From positions 9,266-73,265 of the forward strand of contig CAYWHP010000006.1 in the NCBI GenBank assembly GCA_964457845.1: a stretch of DNA of 64,000 nucleotides, given 5' to 3'. Shown here one piece after another: positions 27,964-38,001 of this stretch (positions are counted from its first letter, which is position 1; each line of letters begins with the position of its first letter). This DNA comes from an uncultured Porphyromonadaceae bacterium (GTDB lineage: Bacteria; Bacteroidota; Bacteroidia; Bacteroidales; UBA12481). A program made the position numbers and the translations under genes. The notes under the pieces were generated by a model. That model saw only the letters and a program-made list of their open reading frames with translations. It did not search any database and was not told the DNA's origin.

Positions 27964-29712
27964 ATGGATAAGAGTGCAATCGACCCGATGATCCTTGAAA
28001 AGGCCAGGCAATGGCTGGCTCCTGAGTTTGACGAAGCAACACGCAGCCAGGTTCAGCAGATGCTCGACCATGACCCCGAAATGCTCACCGAATCATTTTA
28101 CCGCAGTCTGGAATTCGGGACCGGCGGAATGAGGGGTATCATGGGCGCAGGGACGAACCGGATGAACATTTATGTGATCGGCATGGCCACGCAGGGATTG
28201 TGCAACTATGTGAAAATGAATTTCCCCGGAAGAAATGATTTAAAGATTGCCATTGCCTATGACAGCCGGAATAATTCGAGGCTGTATGCCGAAACCACTG
28301 CAAAGGTGGTATCGGCCAACGGTATCCATGCTTACCTGTTCGACAGCCTCAGGCCGACTCCGGAGCTGTCTTTTTCCATACGGCACCTTGGCTGCCAGTC
28401 GGGTGTTGTGGTGACGGCTTCCCATAACCCGAAAGAATACAACGGTTACAAGGTTTACTGGGACGACGGCGGTCAGGTGATTGCCCCGCACGATGAGGAC
28501 ATTGTAAAGGAGGTTGAGAAGATCAGCAGTCTTCGGGATGTACACTTTGAAGGAAATCCCGGCCTTATCCATTCCATTGGCGCTGAGATTGATGAAGCGT
28601 ACCTTGATTGCCTGGCCGGTCTTTCCCTGAATCCCGAACTTAACCGCAAACACGGGGATATCAAGATCGTTTACACGCCAATCCACGGTTCGGGTGTTAC
28701 ACTGGTGCCCGCAATCCTGAAACGGTTTGGGTTCAGAAACATAATCAATGTACCCGAGCAGGATATCCCCGATGGCAATTTCCCAACCGTAGCATCGCCG
28801 AATCCTGAAGAAAAAGCCGCGCTGAACCTGGCGATTGAAAAGGCTATGGAAACGGGCGCCGAGCTGGTGATGGCGAGTGACCCGGATGCTGACCGTGTTG
28901 GCATTGCCGTGCGGAAGCCCGACGGCAGTTTCAAGCTCCTGAATGGCAACCAGACCGGTTCCATCCTGATTTACTACCTGCTGAGCAACCATGCTTCTAA
29001 AGGCATGCTGAAAGGCAACGAATTCATTGCCAGAACAGTGGTCACTACTCCCCTCTTTGCCGACATTGCACGGGAATTCGGGGTGAAGACCTATGAGGTA
29101 CTTACCGGATTCAAATTCATTGCCGACATTATCCGTCGCAAGGAGGTATCCGAAGTGTTTATAGGCGGTGGAGAGGAATCGTATGGTTTCATGACAGGCA
29201 GCTTTGTACGCGATAAAGACGCGGTCTCCTCCTGTGCCATGATTGCTGAAACAGCGGCCTGGGCGAAAGAGCAGGGCCTGACACTGCTCGACTTGCTGGA
29301 ATCCATTTATGTTCGTTACGGGCTGTATAAGGAACATCTGGTCTCGATTGTCCGGAAGGGTAAATCCGGTGTCGAGCTGATCAATGCAATGATGGAACGA
29401 TTACGGAGCGAACCTCCCGAGTCACTTGGCGGATCGGATGTGGTTACGGTAAATGATTTCCTGAAGAGTCAGTCGTTTGACATGATTTCGCACCTTCAGT
29501 TTGACATCAATTTGCCGAAATCAAATGTTCTTCAATATGTTACCGCCGATGGGTCGATCATTTCGGCCCGGCCTTCCGGTACGGAGCCGAAGATAAAATT
29601 CTACTTCAGTGTTAGGACCCGGGTTGGCGCCGTTGAGGACCTTCCTGCTGCAGAGGCAGAGCTGGATGCAAGGATCAGGTTGCTGGTTGAAGGGATGAAA
29701 CTCGATAGTTGA
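27964..29712 (+). CDS. phosphohexomutase (phosphoglucomutase/phosphomannomutase family)
   Basis: 582 aa with the active-site loop [15 protein letters not shown] and the metal loop ASDPDADR. Confidence 0.9.
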   Translation: MDKSAIDPMILEKARQWLAPEFDEATRSQVQQMLDHDPEMLTESFYRSLEFGTGGMRGIMGAGTNRMNIYVIGMATQGLCNYVKMNFPGRNDLKIAIAYDSRNNSRLYAETTAKVVSANGIHAYLFDSLRPTPELSFSIRHLGCQSGVVVTASHNPKEYNGYKVYWDDGGQVIAPHDEDIVKEVEKISSLRDVHFEGNPGLIHSIGAEIDEAYLDCLAGLSLNPELNRKHGDIKIVYTPIHGSGVTLVPAILKRFGFRNIINVPEQDIPDGNFPTVASPNPEEKAALNLAIEKAMETGAELVMASDPDADRVGIAVRKPDGSFKLLNGNQTGSILIYYLLSNHASKGMLKGNEFIARTVVTTPLFADIAREFGVKTYEVLTGFKFIADIIRRKEVSEVFIGGGEESYGFMTGSFVRDKDAVSSCAMIAETAAWAKEQGLTLLDLLESIYVRYGLYKEHLVSIVRKGKSGVELINAMMERLRSEPPESLGGSDVVTVNDFLKSQSFDMISHLQFDINLPKSNVLQYVTADGSIISARPSGTEPKIKFYFSVRTRVGAVEDLPAAEAELDARIRLLVEGMKLDS

Positions 29713-29720
29713 AAGGGAAA

Positions 29721-30137
29721 ATGAAATCGTACAGAAAAGAGCTTTGGTTTCATTCGACGAAACGGCGCGAGCTGATCAACATCACCGGACAGGTAGAGGA
29801 ATGCCTTAAGGAAAGCGGCATTACCGAGGGATTGGTCCTTTGCAATGCGATGCATATAACCAGTTCGGTATTTATTAATGATGACGAGAGCGGCCTGCAT
29901 CAGGATATCGAGAGGTGGCTCGAGCATCTGGCTCCCGAAAAACCACATAGCCAGTACCTCCACAACGGATACGAGGATAATGCCGATGCACACCTCAAGC
30001 GCAGCGTGATGGGCCGTGAGGTAGTTGTTGCGGTGACCGGTGGCAAGCTGGATTTCGGGCCCTGGGAGCAGATCTTTTACGGGGAATTCGACGGCAAGCG
30101 GGCAAAGCGCGTGCTGGTTAAAATCATTGGATCGTAG
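29721..30137 (+). CDS. yjbQ: YjbQ/UPF0047 family protein
   Basis: About 138 aa with [11 protein letters not shown]...[23 protein letters not shown]...DNADAHLK. I preferred the ATG at 29721 to the track's TTG at 29709. Confidence 0.75.
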   Translation: MKSYRKELWFHSTKRRELINITGQVEECLKESGITEGLVLCNAMHITSSVFINDDESGLHQDIERWLEHLAPEKPHSQYLHNGYEDNADAHLKRSVMGREVVVAVTGGKLDFGPWEQIFYGEFDGKRAKRVLVKIIGS

Positions 30138-30155
30138 AGATACATAATTGCGTCT

Positions 30156-31568
30156 CTACCCGAAAAATTCATCCTTGAAATTCACCAGGAAAACCTTTTC
30201 GGTTGCCCGGGTAATGGCGGTATATAGCCACCGGTAATATTCCCGGTCGAGCCGATCCTCCGGTTGCCATCCCTGGTCGATATAAACATGTTTCCACTGG
30301 CCGCCCTGGGCCTTATGGCAGGTAATGGCATAGGCGAATTTGATCTGCAGCGCATTGAAGTAGGGATCCTCCCGGATGGCATCAGATTTATGCTTTTTTC
30401 CCTTCATTTGCTGATAATCCTCCGAAACATCGGCGAACAGTTTCCGGCTACGGTCCTTATCGAGGCCGGGGCCTTCGGAGAAAAGCGTATCCAGCATCGC
30501 CTTGCATTCAAACTCCATCAGGCGGTAATCGGTTAATCGCATCTCCAGATCGCGGAAATTGAACCCATAGAGTTCTTTGGCGCCCCGAACACGGGTCACT
30601 TCCAGGATATCGCCATTGGCGATAAAATCAACTTCCTGCGAATCCTTGAGCCAATGGTAATTATTTCGCACCACCATGACGAGGTCACCCATCCTGATCT
30701 CCTCCTCATAGCGGAGAATCATGTTCCGGATGCCTGCATTATAGCGGTTTGCAAGCTTGTTTGAGCGGCACAGAACAATTGTTTCATGCTGTCCCACCAT
30801 CTGGTAACTCGATTCCAGCCTTTCGAGCAGGTCATCGCCGGAAACACGGGTAAAGTCGGGCGACCTGCCGTCGATGAGCCCCGGGTACCCGTGGACATCC
30901 GGCCCAATCTTGCTTCGTAGCCCGGTGGCATTAAAAAGAATGCCGGAATCCTGTCCCTGCCGCACAACCTCAGTGAGTTTATATTCCTCAACCGGGAGGC
31001 CATATCGCTGCAGGTATTTCGGATCCAGCGCCTCGCTCACATCGAAACCCACCGGAGGCAGCTGGGCGTCATCCCCTATAAGGATGAGTTTGCAGCGCTG
31101 CCCGCTGAAAATGTATGAAACCAGATCATCAAGCAGGCGTCCGCTGCCAAACACCGAGAGTTCGATCGACTGGTTGGCGATCATTGAAGCCTCGTCGACG
31201 ATAAACAAGGTGTCGCGATGAAGGTTCCTGTCGAGACTAAACTCTCCGAATCCATCGATCTCGGTTTTCTGCCGGTAGATTTTCTTATGAATAGTATAGG
31301 CATCAGTCCCCGAATAACGGGAAAGAACCTTGGCTGCACGACCAGTCGGGGCAAGTAAAACTGTTTTATGCCGGTAACCTGCAAGGCTTTTCACCAACGA
31401 GGCCACCAGGGAGGTTTTACCCGTTCCGGCATACCCCCGCATCAGGAAGATCCGGTCGTCGTTCCCCAACAGGTAACGCCCAAGAGCCAAAATTACGCGG
31501 TCCTGTCCCGGAGTGGGAACATGACCAAGATTCAATGATATCTGCCGGCAAAGTTCATCAGACAACAT
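30156..31568 (-). CDS. RecD-like superfamily 1 DNA helicase
   Basis: Walker A GYAGTGKTS, Walker B LFIVDEASM and the C-terminal motif AYAITCHKAQGGQW. Confidence 0.85.
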   Translation of the reverse strand: MLSDELCRQISLNLGHVPTPGQDRVILALGRYLLGNDDRIFLMRGYAGTGKTSLVASLVKSLAGYRHKTVLLAPTGRAAKVLSRYSGTDAYTIHKKIYRQKTEIDGFGEFSLDRNLHRDTLFIVDEASMIANQSIELSVFGSGRLLDDLVSYIFSGQRCKLILIGDDAQLPPVGFDVSEALDPKYLQRYGLPVEEYKLTEVVRQGQDSGILFNATGLRSKIGPDVHGYPGLIDGRSPDFTRVSGDDLLERLESSYQMVGQHETIVLCRSNKLANRYNAGIRNMILRYEEEIRMGDLVMVVRNNYHWLKDSQEVDFIANGDILEVTRVRGAKELYGFNFRDLEMRLTDYRLMEFECKAMLDTLFSEGPGLDKDRSRKLFADVSEDYQQMKGKKHKSDAIREDPYFNALQIKFAYAITCHKAQGGQWKHVYIDQGWQPEDRLDREYYRWLYTAITRATEKVFLVNFKDEFFG

Positions 31569-31615
31569 AGTGGGAAAAAATGCGGAAGTTAGGTCGGATT
31601 AATCCGAATAAGTTA

Positions 31616-31623
31616 TAAATTTG
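31616..31623 (+). promoter_or_regulatory. candidate -7 box TAAATTTG for the 31651 gene
   Basis: Matches TAnnTTTG, 28 nt upstream of the ATG at 31651. Confidence 0.45.
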
Positions 31624-31627
31624 CGCT

Positions 31628-31635
31628 CAAACTTA
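31628..31635 (-). promoter_or_regulatory. candidate -7 box TAAGTTTG for the helicase gene
   Basis: The minus strand reads TAAGTTTG, about 60 nt upstream of the ATG at 31568. Confidence 0.4.
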
Positions 31636-31650
31636 AACAAATCCGGGCAA

Positions 31651-32253
31651 ATGAAAACGGGAAGACTTATTGTTCAGATCGTACTCGGGGTGGTTATTTT
31701 AGGCCTCACTTATCTGATTTACAGTGGCATAATGAAGCCGATCGACTTTGTAAAGGAGAAGGACTCACGTTATGACAAGGTGATCGAAAGGCTCAAGGAC
31801 ATCCGCACGGCACAGGTTGCATACAAGTCTGTATACCAGAAATTTACAGGCAGTTTTGACACATTGATCAATTTCCTGAAATACGACTCCTTTCCGGTGG
31901 AATTCAAGGAAGGATCACTTGATGACTCCATTGCTGTTGCTAAAGGTCTTGTGAAGAGGGATACCATTTATGTTCCGGTACGGGATTCTCTGTTCCCCAA
32001 AGGTTACTATCATGATTCGCTTCGCTATGTTCCCCATACTTCCGGGGTACAGTTCTCACTGACTGCCGGTTACATACAGACGCAGTCCAAAGTACTCGTT
32101 CAGGTTTTTGAAGCTGGTGCTCTTAATTTTGATATTCTCAACGGCATGAACCGCCAGTTGATCATCAACCTCAACGACCTGGCCAAAGACTTCAAAGGCT
32201 TGCGGGTGGGAAGCATGAAGGAGGCGAACAACAATGCAGGCAACTGGGAATAG
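31651..32253 (+). CDS. hypothetical membrane-anchored protein
   Basis: 200 aa with a single N-terminal TM helix (LIVQIVLGVVILGLTYLIYSGI). I preferred the ATG at 31651 because the track's TTG start lies inside the putative promoter box. Confidence 0.7.
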   Translation: MKTGRLIVQIVLGVVILGLTYLIYSGIMKPIDFVKEKDSRYDKVIERLKDIRTAQVAYKSVYQKFTGSFDTLINFLKYDSFPVEFKEGSLDDSIAVAKGLVKRDTIYVPVRDSLFPKGYYHDSLRYVPHTSGVQFSLTAGYIQTQSKVLVQVFEAGALNFDILNGMNRQLIINLNDLAKDFKGLRVGSMKEANNNAGNWE

Positions 32254-32277
32254 CATTCGCTCAAATGCATAAGAGGA

Positions 32278-32310
32278 AAGCTTCACCTTCAGCGGGTGAA
32301 GCTTTTTTTT
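32278..32310 (+). terminator. rho-independent terminator
   Basis: AAGCTTCACC-ttcagcg-GGTGAAGCTT followed by a T-run. Confidence 0.8.
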
Positions 32311-32338
32311 AACCCTGAGGATTCCCTACTTTTATAAA

Positions 32339-33193
32339 ATGAGGAACATTGCGGTTATCGATGAGAACTTTGACACCAGCCTGGCAACAGGTTGCGATCT
32401 CCTGGTTCAGTTTGGTGACAGCTTTTTTTCATCAATGGTCTATGACAGGGCCCGCAATCTGTTTATCGCGTGTAAAAGCCGGTGGTTTCCTGAACCACTG
32501 CCCTATAACTCGCTGGCTTTCCAGCTGCGAAACCTCATAAATTCAGATTTACACCTTGCGCTGCCCTATCGGTCGGTCCGCTTTCAGTTTGTTTCACGGC
32601 AGGCCGTCCTGATACCTGCGCCGTTGTTCAGGAGCGATAAGCAGGAAGAGTATTTCCGATTTTCGACAATTCTTCATGGCGACAGCGAGATTCTGCACAA
32701 CCGGATCCCGCAGGCGGATGCAGTTGTGGTTTTTGCAATTCCGGCCGAAGTCAACAGTCTGGTGAGGCTAACCTGGCCCGATGTACGATTGTTTCACCAG
32801 TGGAGCCCTCAGGTTAGCATGGCGCTGTCGGAAGCACCGGAAAACAATTCCAAAACCCAGGTGATGGCCAGTATCTTTGGCGGTCATGCCGACCTTACCG
32901 TTGTAAATGGCGGAAGGTTATTGCTTCAAAACAGTTTTGTCATAGGCAATCAAAACGATCTGGTGTTTTTCATCCTGTACTTGTATGATCAGCTAAACCT
33001 TTCCCAGGAAGAAACCCCGCTGCTCCTCTCGGGTTTTTCGGGCCTGTTCCCGGAACTTTCAGACACGGTCGCCGGTTATATAAGAAATATTACCATCGCA
33101 GGATTACCTGAATCCTTTGACTACAGCCCGGTATTTGCGAGTATTCCGGCGGAATGGTTCACCAACCTGATTAATCTGTTACGATGCGCATAA
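32339..33193 (+). CDS. hypothetical protein (possibly the DUF3822 family often found next to rsmD in Bacteroidota)
   Basis: 284-aa ORF that overlaps rsmD by 10 nt. The family call is from memory of the synteny and is not verified. Confidence 0.6.
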   Translation: MRNIAVIDENFDTSLATGCDLLVQFGDSFFSSMVYDRARNLFIACKSRWFPEPLPYNSLAFQLRNLINSDLHLALPYRSVRFQFVSRQAVLIPAPLFRSDKQEEYFRFSTILHGDSEILHNRIPQADAVVVFAIPAEVNSLVRLTWPDVRLFHQWSPQVSMALSEAPENNSKTQVMASIFGGHADLTVVNGGRLLLQNSFVIGNQNDLVFFILYLYDQLNLSQEETPLLLSGFSGLFPELSDTVAGYIRNITIAGLPESFDYSPVFASIPAEWFTNLINLLRCA

Positions 33194-33717
33194 TCAACGG
33201 AATACTGGGCGGCAGACGGCCGCTGATCCCCGCCAGCCTGAAAGCCAGGCCCACCACCGACATGGCGCGTGAAGGCCTTATCAACATCCTTCGGAACAGA
33301 TTGGATTTCGAGGAGAGCCGCGTTCTCGACCTCTTTGCCGGAACCGGCATCATCAGCTACGAATTTGCCTCTCTCGGCTGCCGCGACATAACAACTGTTG
33401 AACGCGACCGCATTCATTGCGCAGCCATCCGGAAAAACCTGGAACTACTTGATATACAAAGCATTAGGCTTGTTGAAACCGATGCCTTTAATTTCCTCCG
33501 CAAGGAGATGCACCCGTTCGACTTCATTTTCGCGGATCCGCCCTATGACCATTCCCTGCTTGAAACCATACCAGCGCTTATTACAGGCAAGGGAAAGCTG
33601 AGGCCCGACGGGCTGTTCATTCTGGAACATGGTCCCGACAGGTCGTTCGCCCGATTCCCGGGATTTACCGAAGAGCGGAACTACGGTAAGGTGCATTTCT
33701 CCTTTTTCAAGGATTAA
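33184..33717 (+). CDS. rsmD: 16S rRNA (guanine966-N2)-methyltransferase RsmD
   Basis: RPTTDMAREGLINIL, SAM motif DLFAGTGIISYEFASLG and FADPPY. Confidence 0.9.
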   Translation: MRIINGILGGRRPLIPASLKARPTTDMAREGLINILRNRLDFEESRVLDLFAGTGIISYEFASLGCRDITTVERDRIHCAAIRKNLELLDIQSIRLVETDAFNFLRKEMHPFDFIFADPPYDHSLLETIPALITGKGKLRPDGLFILEHGPDRSFARFPGFTEERNYGKVHFSFFKD

Positions 33718-33760
33718 CAACTTTTAACTTTTAGCCCTCTTTTTAACCGGGCTCATGAGC

Positions 33761-33768
33761 TATTTTTG
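33761..33768 (+). promoter_or_regulatory. candidate -7 box TATTTTTG
   Basis: Matches TAnnTTTG, 21 nt upstream of the ATG at 33790. Confidence 0.45.
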
Positions 33769-33789
33769 TTTGGCCTGATCCAAACCGAA

Positions 33790-35388
33790 ATGAAAATCTC
33801 ACTGATTCCGCTCCTTGTCTTTTTAACCGTAACATCCTTCATACAAGCCCAGGTTAGCCCGAAAGAGCAAGGCCTTCTTGTTATAACCCCTTCTTCCGTA
33901 CAAGGGCCGCTTGAATTTCTGGCTTCCGACTGGATGACCGGCCGGGAGACAGGAACAAAGGGGGAGTTCATGGCTTCCGACTATATCGCCTCTGTATTCA
34001 AGACCATTGGCCTCAAGCCGGGAGGCAGCACCAGCCGGACGAACCCGGGCTGGTTCCAGAACATCAACTTTATCCAATACAGGCCCGGTGACAGGCAAGA
34101 GTGTGCCATCATTTTACAGAATGGCCAGGCAGTTTATCAAACCAACCTCACCTACAGGCTCGACTATAGTGTTACTGCAGGATCAATGTCGGTTGAAACG
34201 AAAGCACCTGTGGTGTTCGTCGGCTATGGAATTTTTGACAAAAAGCTGAAACAAGATGATTTTAAAGGTCTTGATGTAAAAGGGTGCATCCTGATCCGGG
34301 TAGCAGGCTATCCCGGATCTGCCGATCCGGGCTCAGAAAACTTTAAGCGGTTTACATCCGATGATCCGATGGTCATGCGCCAGCTCGACCAGAGTCGTGA
34401 TCAGGAGGCCATCAGGCGAGGTGCCATCGGGATTATTGAAATCCGACGCGGGTTGTCCGGCTTTACTCCTGTACCTGCCAACGATATATTCCGATACAAT
34501 ACGCCCACCTACGAGGGCGACGTGCCTTTCAATTCCCAGGCAGGCTACCGCACGGCCATTCAAGGACTGGAACAGCCTTCGCTCATGAGGATTTCACTCT
34601 CCGACAGGGCATTCAACCTCCTGACAGATGGTTGCGGTATCGACTTTGCCGGTTACGAGAAGGCTGCCGCTGCAGGCAATGTAAAGCCGGGCAGGATGCC
34701 TGCAGGGCGATTCCTGAATGTGGCCACCACTGTGGACTCCAGGATCATCAGGGGACGAAACGTTGTAGGGGTTCTTGAAGGGGAAGACACAAAAAAATGC
34801 ATAGTTGCCGGCGCACATTACGACCACATGGGGCAAATCGGCGGATTCATATATAACGGATCGGACGACAATGCCTCCGGTACTGCCGGTATCATTGCAA
34901 TTGCACGCGCGATGATCGCCACGGGGGTCAAGCCAAAGGTCTCCGTGGTGTTTTGTGCCTGGACCGCCGAAGAAAAGGGGCTGCTGGGTTCAGCATGGTA
35001 TGCTTCCCATCCGCTTATCAAAGACATCCTGTGTTACATGAATTACGACATGATCAGCCGGACTGCGCTTGATGATTCCACCGGACGAAAATGTGATTTC
35101 AACTACTCATCAGGATTACCGTACATTCGGGAGATAACCGAAAAGCATATCAAGGATTATTCACTGGGACTGGACATGGAGTATAAAAGTTCACCACAGC
35201 CTGTTGGCGGATCCGACTTCTCCTCCTTTTCAAGGCAAAATATCCCGATCTTCCTGATACATGGGAAATTCACACCCGACTATCATCAGTACACCGACCA
35301 TTCCGACAAGGCAGTGATGCCTTACATGACGGACATTGTTAAGCTTGGGTATCTGAACATTTTTGAGCTCGCAAACCGAAATTGGTAA
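33790..35388 (+). CDS. M28 family metallopeptidase with an inserted PA-like domain, secreted
   Basis: Signal peptide MKISLIPLLVFLTVTSFIQAQ. Also NVVGVLEG...AHYDHMG...GSDDNASGTAGIIAIA...FCAWTAEEKGLLGS. Confidence 0.85.
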   Translation: MKISLIPLLVFLTVTSFIQAQVSPKEQGLLVITPSSVQGPLEFLASDWMTGRETGTKGEFMASDYIASVFKTIGLKPGGSTSRTNPGWFQNINFIQYRPGDRQECAIILQNGQAVYQTNLTYRLDYSVTAGSMSVETKAPVVFVGYGIFDKKLKQDDFKGLDVKGCILIRVAGYPGSADPGSENFKRFTSDDPMVMRQLDQSRDQEAIRRGAIGIIEIRRGLSGFTPVPANDIFRYNTPTYEGDVPFNSQAGYRTAIQGLEQPSLMRISLSDRAFNLLTDGCGIDFAGYEKAAAAGNVKPGRMPAGRFLNVATTVDSRIIRGRNVVGVLEGEDTKKCIVAGAHYDHMGQIGGFIYNGSDDNASGTAGIIAIARAMIATGVKPKVSVVFCAWTAEEKGLLGSAWYASHPLIKDILCYMNYDMISRTALDDSTGRKCDFNYSSGLPYIREITEKHIKDYSLGLDMEYKSSPQPVGGSDFSSFSRQNIPIFLIHGKFTPDYHQYTDHSDKAVMPYMTDIVKLGYLNIFELANRNW

Positions 35389-35402
35389 CTAAAACATAAA
35401 CA

Positions 35403-37103
35403 ATGAAAAAATCAGTTTTCCTGTTCTTGCTAATTGGCGTTCTTGCCGGCCTGGCCACGCCCCAGTTTGCACAGAATTCGTCGAGGGATAAAGGCCTTAC
35501 CGCAATAACCAAAGAGGCCATTCAGGGCCAGCTCGAATTTTTGGCGTCCGACTGGACGGAAGGCAGGGAGGCCGGAACTAAAGGCGAATACATGGCTTCG
35601 GACTATATTGCCAGCATGTTTAAGCTCTATGGACTGCTCCCGGGTGGTGATGCAGAGCAGGCTCGGTCCGCTGGCCGCGGCCAGCGGCCAACAGCCGGCG
35701 GCGGAGCTCCTGCGCCGCGCCCCGAACCCAAGCGCACCTATTTTCAGAGTTTCAACCTGGTTGAAACAACACCGGGACCAACCCAGGAATTGAGTGTCAT
35801 CAGCAAAACAGGCAACGGATCACGCTCCGTTGATTTCGACTATCAAACCGATTTTTCGATTAACACACCGCCGCAGGTGGGGGTGGAAGCTGAAGTGCCC
35901 GTCGTATTTGTGGGATACGGCCTCGTTGATGAGAAAAACGGCTATGACGACTTTAAAGGCATCGACCTGAAAGGAAAATTCGTGATCAAACTTACCGGAT
36001 ACCCGGGATCCAAGTTTCCCGAATCCAAAACAGCCGAAAAATTCAAACCGGTTGTCCCGGCATTTGATCCGGCTGCCCCCAGGCAGTTCCGCACAGGCGG
36101 TTTCAGCCAGTTTCCCTGGGCTGCGGAAAGAGGTGCCATTGGTGTCATTGAATACCGGCCGGGCAATGATCCGACAACCCAATGGGCGGCCAACGTGCCG
36201 TTCCGTTTCAACAGTGAAACCTACGAAGGCGATGTTCCCCAGAACAGAACCAGAAAATCCATGTCAATCATGAAGGATAAAATCACTGCTGGCGTAATGT
36301 CGCTTCAGGTAACAGAAAGGGTTATAAACGAAATCATTAATGGTCTCGAAATTGATTTCGCCGCCATCGAGAAGCAGATTGCCGAAACCGGTAAACCGGC
36401 TTCACGGGAACTGACCGGCAAATTCATCCGCATTAAGACCACTGTGGATTCCAGGATTGTTAAGGTGCGAAATGTGGTTGGTGTTCTCGAAGGAAAAAAC
36501 ACCGAAGAGATTATCGTTATCGGCGGCCATTACGACCATATGGGCAAACAGGACGGTTTTATCTTCAATGGTGCCGACGACAATGCCTCCGGCACCGTAG
36601 GTGTGATGACAATCGCCAAAGCAATGATCGCCAGCGGTGTGAAACCGGAGAAAACCCTGGTCTTCTGCGCCTGGACCGCCGAAGAAAAAGGTTTGCTCGG
36701 CTCAAATTATTTCGTGGATCATCCCTATAAGGAGAAAGTCCTTTGCAATCTCAATTTTGATATGATTTCCCGCAACAGTCCCGGCGAACACCAGGATAGT
36801 GCCATCACGATGAACTATTCAAACAAGTTTCCGGTTTCAAAAGATCTCGTTGAGAAATTCAATAAGGACTACAATATCGGCGCAATACTTACACTGCGTG
36901 GGTCCGACAAACCGGGTGGCGGAAGCGATCATGCCCCCTTCGCCAACAAGGATATCCCCATTTACTATTTTATGGCAGGAATGCCGGCAGAATATCACAA
37001 GTTTAATGATCACCTGGAATTGGTCAATTGGGATAAAATGCTGAAAATAGTCAAGTTGGGTTACCTGAGTATTTACGAATTGTCGATGATGCCATGGAAT
37101 TAG
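35403..37103 (+). CDS. M28 family metallopeptidase, tandem paralogue
   Basis: It has the same motifs as the upstream gene (GGHYDHMG, GADDNASGTVGVMTIA, FCAWTAEEKGLLGS) and a signal peptide. Confidence 0.85.
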   Translation: MKKSVFLFLLIGVLAGLATPQFAQNSSRDKGLTAITKEAIQGQLEFLASDWTEGREAGTKGEYMASDYIASMFKLYGLLPGGDAEQARSAGRGQRPTAGGGAPAPRPEPKRTYFQSFNLVETTPGPTQELSVISKTGNGSRSVDFDYQTDFSINTPPQVGVEAEVPVVFVGYGLVDEKNGYDDFKGIDLKGKFVIKLTGYPGSKFPESKTAEKFKPVVPAFDPAAPRQFRTGGFSQFPWAAERGAIGVIEYRPGNDPTTQWAANVPFRFNSETYEGDVPQNRTRKSMSIMKDKITAGVMSLQVTERVINEIINGLEIDFAAIEKQIAETGKPASRELTGKFIRIKTTVDSRIVKVRNVVGVLEGKNTEEIIVIGGHYDHMGKQDGFIFNGADDNASGTVGVMTIAKAMIASGVKPEKTLVFCAWTAEEKGLLGSNYFVDHPYKEKVLCNLNFDMISRNSPGEHQDSAITMNYSNKFPVSKDLVEKFNKDYNIGAILTLRGSDKPGGGSDHAPFANKDIPIYYFMAGMPAEYHKFNDHLELVNWDKMLKIVKLGYLSIYELSMMPWN

Positions 37104-37140
37104 AGGACAAGGGTTAGTGTTTTGTTAAATTGATGTGTGA

Positions 37141-37170
37141 GTTGCCGGCAATGCCGGCAACTTTTTTTTT
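37141..37170 (+). terminator. rho-independent terminator
   Basis: GTTGCCGGC-aat-GCCGGCAAC followed by T9. Confidence 0.85.
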
Positions 37171-37231
37171 ATCTTTTGTGAAACATTTCCACACAGAACT
37201 TGTATTAGCGTAAACTTCAAAAACTTTTTTT

Positions 37232-37996
37232 ATGAAATTAGTTTCCTTAGTATACTTTTCAGGACTCCTTATCGGTTCGCTTGCGTTAAGCAGCTGCTCC
37301 GTTCAGCAGGATTTCGGCAAAAGTGCGCAAACTACAGATACGATCCGCATAGAAGGCACCGATAACGGTTTGGCTCTCCAGATCGACTTCGTTAAGGGGC
37401 AAGGGCACAATCACCCAACCTTTGCCATCTGGATGGAAGACATGGATCAGCACTATTTGAGATCATTGTTTGTTACCAAATCAATTGCCACCGGCATATT
37501 CGGACATGGTCCGATCAAGCAGGAAGTATGGGACAGCAAGCCGGGCCCGCAGAAACGGCCGGCCGCCCTGCCCTACTGGATGCACCGGCGTGCCGGGGCA
37601 CTCAATGTACCAACAGTGCCCGATCCGGAACATCCGGTTCTCGATGGCTACACCGGAGCCACACCGCCTGGAGATTTCGTCATTAAGGCAGAAGGTCAGC
37701 AGACCCTCCCCCGGAAATTCAGGCTGGTTATGGAGATCAACCAGCCATGGGACTGGAACGAATACTGGACCAATGCTTTGTATGATGATGCCGATTACCG
37801 GACATCCTGTCAGCCCTCCCTGGTATATTCGGTATCCATCGATCTCGACAAACCGGAAAAAGAGTATTTCCTCAATCCGATCGGACATGGCCATTATTCA
37901 GGAAAGGACGGCAAGCTTTACACCGATCTGCGGAGCATGACCACTGCCTTGAAAATTATCGACCATGTTAGTGTTAAACTTGTTAATATTCAGTAA
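37232..37996 (+). CDS. hypothetical lipoprotein (weak resemblance to DUF2271-type periplasmic proteins)
   Basis: Lipobox LALSSC. The segment HPTFAIWMEDMD...LPYWMHRR is the basis for the tentative family resemblance. It lies 5 nt upstream of a TonB-dependent receptor gene. Confidence 0.65.
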   Translation: MKLVSLVYFSGLLIGSLALSSCSVQQDFGKSAQTTDTIRIEGTDNGLALQIDFVKGQGHNHPTFAIWMEDMDQHYLRSLFVTKSIATGIFGHGPIKQEVWDSKPGPQKRPAALPYWMHRRAGALNVPTVPDPEHPVLDGYTGATPPGDFVIKAEGQQTLPRKFRLVMEINQPWDWNEYWTNALYDDADYRTSCQPSLVYSVSIDLDKPEKEYFLNPIGHGHYSGKDGKLYTDLRSMTTALKIIDHVSVKLVNIQ

Positions 37997-38001
37997 ACGA
38001 T

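Noticed and set aside
28240-29337. 365-aa minus-strand ORF
   Set aside because: It is antisense to the phosphohexomutase gene (TASHNP active site on the plus strand), so it is a shadow ORF.
30133-30160. The 12-mer TGCGTCTCTACC is shared with 42422-42433, in both cases at the stop codon of a minus-strand gene
   Set aside because: There are only two short copies. Both are parts of small local hairpins, and a match of this length may be coincidental. This is not enough to call a repeat family without a genome-wide search.
33766-33789. The track's TTG/GTG-type upstream starts at 33766, 31621, 62733, 57605 and 29709
   Set aside because: In each case an ATG a few codons downstream gives a proper signal peptide or N terminus. 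In three cases the upstream start lies inside or against a TAnnTTTG box. I used the downstream ATG.
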